Assembly (NCBI GenBank): GCA_018396865.1
Contig: JAGTRB010000003.1
Coordinates: 8,575-72,574, forward strand
Length of the DNA: 64,000 nucleotides
From: Candidatus Bathyarchaeota archaeon
GTDB taxonomy: Archaea; Thermoproteota; Bathyarchaeia; TCS64
Direction of reading: 5' to 3'
Each line of letters begins with the position of its first letter. The stretch's first letter is position 1. The notes under the pieces were generated by a model. The model did no database searches, was not told the origin of the DNA, and saw nothing but the letters and a program-made list of their open reading frames with translations. Of this stretch, positions 20,496 through 28,993 are shown piece after piece. A program made the position numbers and the translations under genes.

Positions 20496-20912
20496 TTAAT
20501 TAATCACTTCCCTCTTCTTTATTCCCATTACACCTATCAGCGATATTATAGCTGCAGAAATAATGTATATTGATGTTTTGAGATTTGGGCTTGAGTTAAT
20601 AGAGGAGAACGTGTAGACTCCAAATCCCATAACAATCCCTGTGGCGAACCTGACCTTGTTGTTGCTCTCTCTCAAGGCCCAGGATTGGGTCAGCCAGTCG
20701 TATGATAGGGGTATGACCGAGAGGAGGCTAAGGATCACCTTAAGATCTTCCCTTATCAGGGATAAGAGATTAACGCCGATTATGCTGGTTAGGGCTGTTA
20801 GGATTAGGAGGCTGGTCAGGTATCCTGAGCATCTGGAGCAGAACCTGAATTCTCTTCCCAGGATCCTCAATGAGAACCAGTGCCTATGGGCTATAAGCCT
20901 CCATAGCTCCAT
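20496..20912 (-). CDS. DUF2085 family membrane protein
   Basis: CSRCSGY, P..YDW.TQ..LRESNN.VRFATG. Confidence 0.82.
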   Translation of the reverse strand: MELWRLIAHRHWFSLRILGREFRFCSRCSGYLTSLLILTALTSIIGVNLLSLIREDLKVILSLLSVIPLSYDWLTQSWALRESNNKVRFATGIVMGFGVYTFSSINSSPNLKTSIYIISAAIISLIGVMGIKKREVIN

Positions 20913-20919
20913 CAGCCCT

Positions 20920-21483
20920 CTACTCCCTTATCAGCTTCTCGCCGCAGTAGGGGCAGAGGTTGAACTCCTTCAGAACCGGTTTACCACAGGATGGGCATCT
21001 GTCCGATATCGGTGGGGCGGGGATCCTCAATGGCTGGGAAGCCTTGAACTTGGCTATCCTGCTTTTAAGAGAGGAGTCGTATGTTGCCTTAACAACTGTT
21101 CCACCCCCTTCAACCTCTGTTAGTTCAAAGTATATCGGGCCAGAGCTGTCATCCATCCTAAAAAGCCTTGGAGGGACTGCCTCCCTGACAACGAATCTGG
21201 CCTCGACTTTACCTCCTCCAAAGGCCCTCCTGAACCTGGATGAGAAGGATCCTCCCCCCTCCCTCATCCTCTCCTCAGCCTCCCTCCTCCATTCTGAGGT
21301 CACGTTCTCGATCGCCTTAAAGGTCTCCTCAATATTCTGGACGGTATACCAAGTCTCGGTCACACTCTCACGCTGAGGAGCGGCTCCTCCCCTGGGCTGG
21401 GCCATCATCATGGCGCAGCATAACAGGGGAAGGATGAGCCACAAGATGTCCGTAGCGCCCTGATCCACGAACGGTGGCAACAT
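20920..21483 (-). CDS. Membrane-anchored protein with SRPBCC-like segment and C-terminal zinc ribbon
   Basis: N-terminal TM ending LLCC; CPSCG...CPYCG double knuckle. Confidence 0.7.
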   Translation of the reverse strand: MLPPFVDQGATDILWLILPLLCCAMMMAQPRGGAAPQRESVTETWYTVQNIEETFKAIENVTSEWRREAEERMREGGGSFSSRFRRAFGGGKVEARFVVREAVPPRLFRMDDSSGPIYFELTEVEGGGTVVKATYDSSLKSRIAKFKASQPLRIPAPPISDRCPSCGKPVLKEFNLCPYCGEKLIRE

Positions 21484-21788
21484 ATCAATTCAATGAATGT
21501 TATATCCACCAGATTTATTTAAAACAATGCCTAAAACCTACCTTAGTGGGTTTATAAACCCAAACTCTATTCTCCGTTAGAATTATCCTTCCATATGAAG
21601 AACTCATTATATCCCCCGAAACCAACCATTAATGTCGAGAGTGGGGCTTGTAATCTGGGTCTCCAATCGGGCCCATGTTGCTCACCCCGTGAAATAGGCT
21701 GCGGAGGCAACCTTAGAGGAGATGGATTGTTAAGTTTTAATTCGCAATCCTTTTAAATATGATGAATCCCTTATACTAAAGGAGACAA

Positions 21789-22769
21789 ATGAAAACAAAA
21801 ATAACTTTAATATGCTTCATTATGATATCAATATCAATTATGACAATTCCATCTTATTGTGCAGAGGAGGGGGGATGGATCTTATGGTATAAGGTGGAAG
21901 ACTTAAAGACGAAAAAGCTGATACTAGAAAAAGATCTTATTACAGGAAATGAAAAAATCTATGAATCTATATTTAGTGGTGCAGAATATAACGTGACTAT
22001 TTTTTTCAATATAGCGGTAACTGTACCCCGATCTGTTTTGAAAATTAATACATCATTAGAACGTGCAAGCTTGTTAGATAGGTTTTGGGAGCTTCACACT
22101 AAAGATTACCCCGTGGTTAATTATAATCCAAGTGAAAAAGTTGTAAGGTTTAATCAGGTTAAAGGAAACCTTACAATATCTATGTACGGAAGAATTCCTC
22201 AAAATATAACAGAAAAAACATTTAATGGATATGTTTTTAATAAGGCGGTTGATTATATTGTTTTAGAGTTAAGGGGTCCAAATGATGAAATGTTAGATAA
22301 TATCTCTTTCAAAGTGATAGATTCAAAGATTAATGAATATCAAAATTTGTTAAGGTCAAAAGAAAATGATTTAAAAAACATTAAAAATCAGGGAGTAATT
22401 AGTTCATATGTTAAACTATATGAAAAAATGTTAAACCAAGCAAAGGTTGAGGCTGAGATGGGATTTGTAGATAACGCCATAAAAATATTGAATTTATTGT
22501 CTATAGAAGGGGCTCCAAAAGAACCGACCCCCTCAATTTTAGAAATATTATTTTACCCTACTGTTTTGATATTGGTGGGTGTGATAGCATTTACTGGATT
22601 TATGTTTCAAAGAAGTAGAGGTAAATTGAATTATACCTTAATGGTGGTTGAAGAACAAGTTAAAGAGTTAGAGGGTCTTGGAGTTAGATTATCTAAAATA
22701 GATAAGAATATTTCGTCAAATCTAGAAGGTATTAAAGATAGGCTGAAAAGGTTGGTTGGGGTGTCCTGA
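21789..22769 (+). CDS. Hypothetical single-pass membrane protein (signal peptide, beta-rich ectodomain, TM, cytoplasmic coiled coil)
   Basis: N-terminal hydrophobic signal; TM 'ILFYPTVLILVGVIAFTGFMF'; heptad-like tail; AT-rich. Confidence 0.75.
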   Translation: MKTKITLICFIMISISIMTIPSYCAEEGGWILWYKVEDLKTKKLILEKDLITGNEKIYESIFSGAEYNVTIFFNIAVTVPRSVLKINTSLERASLLDRFWELHTKDYPVVNYNPSEKVVRFNQVKGNLTISMYGRIPQNITEKTFNGYVFNKAVDYIVLELRGPNDEMLDNISFKVIDSKINEYQNLLRSKENDLKNIKNQGVISSYVKLYEKMLNQAKVEAEMGFVDNAIKILNLLSIEGAPKEPTPSILEILFYPTVLILVGVIAFTGFMFQRSRGKLNYTLMVVEEQVKELEGLGVRLSKIDKNISSNLEGIKDRLKRLVGVS

Positions 22770-22770
22770 T

Positions 22771-25425
22771 TTGTCAAAACAGCCCTCTAACATAATTCAC
22801 CTAATAGGTTTAGGTTCAGCGGGGACGAATATAGTTGAAGCCTTTATTTCAAGTAAGAAAACCATGAACTTATTAGAAAATGAAAATACTCGCTTATCAC
22901 TTTTAGCTATAGATGTTGCAGATCCAGATATCAGAAGTTTACAGGAAACATATAGTAAAATATTAAAAGAGATGAAAGATAAAGGTATACCTAAAGAAAG
23001 AATTTCTCTCATAGCTCAATCCATAAAATTTCCAACTGCTGAAGCTATGTTTGATTTTATAAATGAAAAATATAAAGATCATTTAATTAGCGAGGGTGTA
23101 AATCTCAAGGAATATTCTTCATGGTTACCTTCAACAATGGCTATACCACCTCTGGCGGGAGGTGCCGGTAGGAGAAGAGCTCTGGCTAAGGCGATATACG
23201 CCTTAAACTACTACCAACTTGGAATCATAAGAAACTTCTTGAACTCCTTCAAGGAACAAGCCCTCTCATCGATAATGACCCCAATAGTCATAATCATATA
23301 TGGGATAGGTGGAGGGACCGGAAGCGGGATAGCCTTCGAGTTCGCTAGGCACCTCAGGAAGGTTCTAGGTTCAGGGGTTCCGATCATAGGGATATCCATC
23401 CTTCCATGTAGGGGGGATGACCCACCCGCTAAGGGCTGCTCGGCCTACTCCTCTCTAACCGAACTCTCACTGCTGTTGAATAAGGATTACAACGATTATA
23501 TATGCAAGAATTATGGTGAATTCTATAGAAACCCCTTCAACGCATTTATATGCATTCCACTAACTCCAGCATATTCAAATACAGGAAACATAATAGTAGC
23601 TAGAAAAGATATTGATGAAATGATTATAGATATAATATATATGTTGATGGATTTTGATTTATCTGATCTATTAGGAGGAATTGGAACTGAAGTAGGGTTA
23701 ACAGAAAATTTTATTCATACTATAAGTATGACAAAGGTTGTTTATCCAGTAAATGAATATATTGATGCTTTTAAAATATACTTAGATAGAATTCAAACTT
23801 TATACGAATTCAGAAAAGAGAAACTTGAAATAATAAACAATATTAATGAAATATTGATGCTAAGATATGATGATATAAAGGAAATCCTAAAAATGTATTT
23901 GATAAGAACAGGAACTTATGTGGAAGAACAATTTGATGAAAAAATTAAAACTATCATTAGGAGTTCCTCTAGATTTAATGAGGATTATTGGTTATATATT
24001 AAAGGGGTTGAAGATCAGATAAAAAACTGGATTAGTGAATTGTCAAAATTTTTGACAACAATAAAATTGACAGCTAAAACTGGAACAATAGAAGATGCCA
24101 TTGTAAATTTAACACTTCACAAAGAGGAATCAAGAGAAATGGAAAATCTCGAAGATCTATTAACAAATATCACAAAAACATACATTGAATTTCCAGAAAA
24201 AAAGGGCATAATTTTTGAAAGGTTAAAACAGTTAATCCCAAGTTCACAAATACTCACAATCAGACAGAAAAGGATTTTAGACGATTTAATGAACATTACA
24301 GAAATTGTGGATAAAACGCTACAGATCTTTAAATTATACAATGAATCAAGGTTTTTAACAGAAACATTAATTAGATATTATTCAGCAATTCCTGAAACTG
24401 AAACAATTTCAAGGGAATTGAAAGAAATTAGAACAGAACTTACATGCTTATACTATCTTGTCCAATTAATTTTAAAAACTCCATTAGATGAGGCTAAAAT
24501 AATCGATGAAAATTTGACTTACCTTCAAGGAATAATTAATAAGATCAGGGATGAAATTAACATAATAAATGAAGAAATATTAAGAATGGAGGAATCAAAG
24601 AAGAGAAAAGAATTCGACCGAATAAAGTTTGAACAAGAAATTGGCAGGTTATTTGGAATAGGTAGAAGAAAATATATTAAAGAAAAACTGGCTAAGTTAG
24701 AAATTGATATAAAAAGAATCGAGGAAGAAAAATCTTATTTAGAGAAAAATGCCAAAGAGTATAATGATTTACTAAGATCTTATAACAACTTGATGAGAAA
24801 AATTGAGGTCACTTCCGATTACAGAAGAAAGTTGAACAAGATCATAGAGTTACATAGAGCTTATCAAGATAAGATATCCGATATTCTTAAACCAAAAAAA
24901 TATTTTGAAAAGACTACTGAACTAACTGAAACGGAACAAGTAAAAATTGTATATAAAATTCTAGCAGAACAAGAGGAAGAATTATCAAGAGAAGGTATTT
25001 TGAAAGAAATTCTTGACATTGATCATTTTAAAGATTATATGAAAAGTGTGATAAGGATTTTCAGGACTCCAAGTTTTATGGGGCTAAATACATCATTTAA
25101 ATCAGATTACATATGGGTTACAGTTCAGACCCCTCAGGGTCTTTGGAATGAAGATTTAACTCAAGAGATTTACACCGTTCTTGCAGGATATATTGTGGGA
25201 GAAGTATCAAGAAATGTTACAATTAGGATAATAGATTCAAGGGATCCATGGACGATAAGGATTCTTGTTGTAGGTGGAAGAGGAAAACCTATGAATTTAG
25301 AAACATATGATGAAATGCAGGCGCTTTACATTAAATCAACAGAATTCGAAAAACAACTTTCTAGATCCTTTTTAATTGAACATGGAATCAACATTGAGAA
25401 CATTATCGATAAAATTAATGATTAG
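22771..25425 (+). CDS. FtsZ/tubulin-superfamily GTPase with large coiled-coil insertion
   Basis: GLGSAG (T1), GGAGRRR, GGGTGSG (T4), DFDLSD (T7-like); FtsZ-like C-terminal domain; start set at TTG 22771 just after the upstream stop. Confidence 0.85.
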   Translation: MSKQPSNIIHLIGLGSAGTNIVEAFISSKKTMNLLENENTRLSLLAIDVADPDIRSLQETYSKILKEMKDKGIPKERISLIAQSIKFPTAEAMFDFINEKYKDHLISEGVNLKEYSSWLPSTMAIPPLAGGAGRRRALAKAIYALNYYQLGIIRNFLNSFKEQALSSIMTPIVIIIYGIGGGTGSGIAFEFARHLRKVLGSGVPIIGISILPCRGDDPPAKGCSAYSSLTELSLLLNKDYNDYICKNYGEFYRNPFNAFICIPLTPAYSNTGNIIVARKDIDEMIIDIIYMLMDFDLSDLLGGIGTEVGLTENFIHTISMTKVVYPVNEYIDAFKIYLDRIQTLYEFRKEKLEIINNINEILMLRYDDIKEILKMYLIRTGTYVEEQFDEKIKTIIRSSSRFNEDYWLYIKGVEDQIKNWISELSKFLTTIKLTAKTGTIEDAIVNLTLHKEESREMENLEDLLTNITKTYIEFPEKKGIIFERLKQLIPSSQILTIRQKRILDDLMNITEIVDKTLQIFKLYNESRFLTETLIRYYSAIPETETISRELKEIRTELTCLYYLVQLILKTPLDEAKIIDENLTYLQGIINKIRDEINIINEEILRMEESKKRKEFDRIKFEQEIGRLFGIGRRKYIKEKLAKLEIDIKRIEEEKSYLEKNAKEYNDLLRSYNNLMRKIEVTSDYRRKLNKIIELHRAYQDKISDILKPKKYFEKTTELTETEQVKIVYKILAEQEEELSREGILKEILDIDHFKDYMKSVIRIFRTPSFMGLNTSFKSDYIWVTVQTPQGLWNEDLTQEIYTVLAGYIVGEVSRNVTIRIIDSRDPWTIRILVVGGRGKPMNLETYDEMQALYIKSTEFEKQLSRSFLIEHGINIENIIDKIND

Positions 25426-25459
25426 AAAATTATAAGAATATTAATTCATAATAATTTCA

Positions 25460-26590
25460 CTACAAATCATGGTTTACTAAACTCAAAATATCTTTTAATT
25501 TTACTTCATCTATTATACCTTTTTTGGTTAAATACTCAATTGTTTCTCGGGCTTTCTCTTCTAATGAATTCAAAATTTTTTCTTCATTAAAACCTCCAAC
25601 TATAATCATAATATCTATTCTATCATTTACTTCGTTTATAAAGATGGGATCACTAATGTATATTACTTTTGGACTTGATTTTTCTCTTATCCATCTTATA
25701 AAAGCTGATTCGAGTTTTTCTTTGGTGATCTCTCCTCTTAATTTAACTGGAATCCTAGCTAATACATAAAAAATATATGACTCTTTTAAATCAAAATTTA
25801 AGAGCATTCTATATAACATTGAATTAAATATATTTTCGAGTGAATCATAAATTTTCAGGCTGCAACCAGTAGAAATCAATATCGTATATAATTTGATATC
25901 GAAGTATTTTGAAAATCTCATAAAATCATTCACAAAACCCTCTTTAGATAACATCAATTCTAAAATTTCATTCAGGATCATGCCCCCTTTAATTAAATTA
26001 CCTTTCCTGTCAACTCCAACATAGTCTTCCAGAAGGTCTCTGTTTATTATAAAGATTGGATAACATCCTTTATTTATGCACATGGCTATTGATGATATAG
26101 AATTAAAATGGGCATCGGAAGGTTGTTCTGGAGATGGTATCAAAGCTATAGGGATCGAATCTATTCTCCATTCCATTAACTTTGACGTTATATATGGAAA
26201 AAGACCACCTCCAACTCCATCCCATGTAGATGAAACTATTAATCCAGATTTTACCTTATGTAAAAGATTATCTTTTAAATCTAAATCTAATGACCTCCTA
26301 TTTTCAATATATTCATAAATATTAAAACAAAAATGTTCATCGAGATTATGGTCAACATCTATAAAACTAAAAAAATCTATTTTCTTAATGAAATTTTCCA
26401 TGAATAATTCACTTTTCTTACCAATAAAGAGAAACAAAATATCGTTAGATAATTTAAACAATGAATTTTTTAACAAAATATTGTTTGTATATCCACCTAA
26501 ACTTATGGATCCCCTTTCCGGTATCCTGAGTTTTAATAACCTAATATGCCCCAAAACACTTTCAAGTACATCAAATGACTCTATATTCAT
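25460..26590 (-). CDS. Degenerate FtsZ/tubulin-like protein
   Basis: SLGGYTNNI (T1-like), STWDGVGGG (T4-like), ALIPS...HFNS, IIINRD-like strand (IFIINRD), C-terminal IDIMIIVGG strand. Confidence 0.6.
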   Translation of the reverse strand: MNIESFDVLESVLGHIRLLKLRIPERGSISLGGYTNNILLKNSLFKLSNDILFLFIGKKSELFMENFIKKIDFFSFIDVDHNLDEHFCFNIYEYIENRRSLDLDLKDNLLHKVKSGLIVSSTWDGVGGGLFPYITSKLMEWRIDSIPIALIPSPEQPSDAHFNSISSIAMCINKGCYPIFIINRDLLEDYVGVDRKGNLIKGGMILNEILELMLSKEGFVNDFMRFSKYFDIKLYTILISTGCSLKIYDSLENIFNSMLYRMLLNFDLKESYIFYVLARIPVKLRGEITKEKLESAFIRWIREKSSPKVIYISDPIFINEVNDRIDIMIIVGGFNEEKILNSLEEKARETIEYLTKKGIIDEVKLKDILSLVNHDL

Positions 26591-26637
26591 CAGGTCACGA
26601 AGTAAACTTTTAAAGGCCTTTCAAATAAATATTTTGA

Positions 26638-28992
26638 ATGAAGGCCATGCCCCAATTGCATGATTCAGCTAAATTCAACCAAAGACTCATTAAAATTTTT
26701 ACTTTTTCAGTTTCTTTTGCCGCTCTTAGTATGGGTCTTTCCTTCATTCCACTTCTCCCTCAACCTATACCATTGATAATATCTTTCATCATTTCATTTT
26801 TAATACTGAATAATCGCAGAGAAGGAATGATCATAGGAAGCTTTCTAATTGGATTAGGATTAATATATCATATGAGTCGAATAAACCTCATATTGATACT
26901 GGGAAGCACTGAAACTAAACTACTTTTTTTAAGTATTTTAATCGTTTTTTTTCTATTCACTCCAATAATTGCAAAAATATATGAAGATATTATAGCTATT
27001 TCTGTTGGAATCATAGCTGCCTCAATGCTTTTTTTCAATCAAACCTACTTTTTCGCAATACCCCTTATAATAGTTTTCGCAGGGATATACAAAAAACAAA
27101 GGATATGGCTAACATTATCATATTATGCAGTTATATCGATTCCCATACAAATAATGCAATACATAAAGTACATATACAATGAAGAATATCACACTCCGCC
27201 CCCTTTATATGTTCCATTATTAGAAATCTTTAATGATATACAGGAATCAATGAAAAAAATAAGCATAAATGAAATATCAAGAGTTTTAGAGATTATTGCT
27301 GGGCAGTTTAAATCGAGAACAGATTCATCTCTAAGATTTATGATAAATGCCATATCTGAATATTTAAACTCATTTCCAGGAGTTATTTTCTTTTTGATAA
27401 TAATGTTCAGCCTTGTTTCCATAACCGCCTACATAATCTCCAATTCATTAAAAATTATCGAAAGCATGGAGATAACAAAAAAATATTCAAAATTCCTAGA
27501 AATATTTTTCTCAGTTATCACTGTAACGATAATTACAACACTCTTCTATATATTTCTTATAATCCTTCAAGAACCATTATCCTACATGGCGGAAATAAAT
27601 ATTTTCAACATGATGATGGGCATTATTGGAACATTTATAACTACGATCCCAATTTCCTTCATAAATTATGAGATGAAAATCAGTACGATAATAGAAAAGC
27701 GATCAGAAATAATAAGAAGAAAATCTGAAAAATTTATAGAAAATTTGAAAGACTTCAATGAATTAATGAGAAAAATTAGTAACAATATTCCGATTAAGAT
27801 TGACTCACTCATAAGTGAGGCTGCTTCGATTAAGGAAAAACTTGTAGATATATTGGATAATATAGAATATGGAGTTTATGGGTTAAATGAATTGGAAAGA
27901 AAAATTTTAGCAATAGATACTGAAATAAATGATGAAGTATTAAATTTATACAAAAAATTAAATACTTTGTTGAATGAATATTATAGGAACGAGAGTTATG
28001 AGTTTAACACATTGCTAGATAATTATAAAAAAATAGGAATAGAAATAAAAGATGAGATATTTATAAATTATAAAGATGATGAAGAAATAGAAGCAAAAAT
28101 AGAGAAAATAAGGATGATTCTAAATAAAGAATGGAAATTGACTGAAAAAATTACAGGAACATATGAAAAAATATATAACATACTAAGAAATTATTATGAT
28201 CCTTCGCTTCCAGAAGAAAATTCTACTTTGACTATTGCAAAACAAAAGATTCAAGAAAGACAGTTTCCATGCGTTATCCTAGAGGCAATATATATTTCGA
28301 TTAACAATCTAGAAACGCAATACTCAAAGGAAATAACTAATACCTTAAATAGGTTAATTGAACTAATGGGTTCAACAAAAAAAATTTATACAAATAATGA
28401 AAAATCAAAGATTTTATGCAACGAAATTAATGATAGATTAATTGCAATTGAAAAAAAGGTGAATAATTTAAAAGAGATATTAGAGGAAAATGTTTTCAAG
28501 ATAACTAAGATAATAGAAGTAAATGAAATTGTAAATGATTATATAAAAGTTTACAAAGAGATATTTCAAATTATATATGATGAAATAACCCTAAAAGAAA
28601 ATCACATAGAAAAATTAGCTATCAATGAAGGAATAAAATTTATTAAAAACGATCAAGTAAAAGATAAAATAATTTATATTTTAGAAATTCTAAGAAAGCT
28701 CCCTATTTATAATATCAATGAAACTATTACTAATTTAGAAAAGTTTTTAATGCAGGTTGATGAATGTTTCGAAATTATATTTAATTATAATGAAACGGAG
28801 GAAATCCTACTGAACTATGAGATTTCAGAATCAATAATGAAAAAATTATTAAAAGAAAAGGGATTAATAAAAATAAATGAACTTCCATTCAAAGAAGAAA
28901 TTGCAAGAAAATATATGGAGATTTACAGTGAGAAGCATAAAAAAGATGTGTTATATGATAGTGAGAAATTGATAATTTATCGAAGGGATTAA
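26638..28992 (+). CDS. Polytopic membrane protein with long cytoplasmic helical/coiled-coil region
   Basis: About 9-10 hydrophobic segments in the first ~345 aa, then ~440 aa E/K/N/I-rich helical sequence. Confidence 0.78.
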   Translation: MKAMPQLHDSAKFNQRLIKIFTFSVSFAALSMGLSFIPLLPQPIPLIISFIISFLILNNRREGMIIGSFLIGLGLIYHMSRINLILILGSTETKLLFLSILIVFFLFTPIIAKIYEDIIAISVGIIAASMLFFNQTYFFAIPLIIVFAGIYKKQRIWLTLSYYAVISIPIQIMQYIKYIYNEEYHTPPPLYVPLLEIFNDIQESMKKISINEISRVLEIIAGQFKSRTDSSLRFMINAISEYLNSFPGVIFFLIIMFSLVSITAYIISNSLKIIESMEITKKYSKFLEIFFSVITVTIITTLFYIFLIILQEPLSYMAEINIFNMMMGIIGTFITTIPISFINYEMKISTIIEKRSEIIRRKSEKFIENLKDFNELMRKISNNIPIKIDSLISEAASIKEKLVDILDNIEYGVYGLNELERKILAIDTEINDEVLNLYKKLNTLLNEYYRNESYEFNTLLDNYKKIGIEIKDEIFINYKDDEEIEAKIEKIRMILNKEWKLTEKITGTYEKIYNILRNYYDPSLPEENSTLTIAKQKIQERQFPCVILEAIYISINNLETQYSKEITNTLNRLIELMGSTKKIYTNNEKSKILCNEINDRLIAIEKKVNNLKEILEENVFKITKIIEVNEIVNDYIKVYKEIFQIIYDEITLKENHIEKLAINEGIKFIKNDQVKDKIIYILEILRKLPIYNINETITNLEKFLMQVDECFEIIFNYNETEEILLNYEISESIMKKLLKEKGLIKINELPFKEEIARKYMEIYSEKHKKDVLYDSEKLIIYRRD

Positions 28993-28993
28993 A

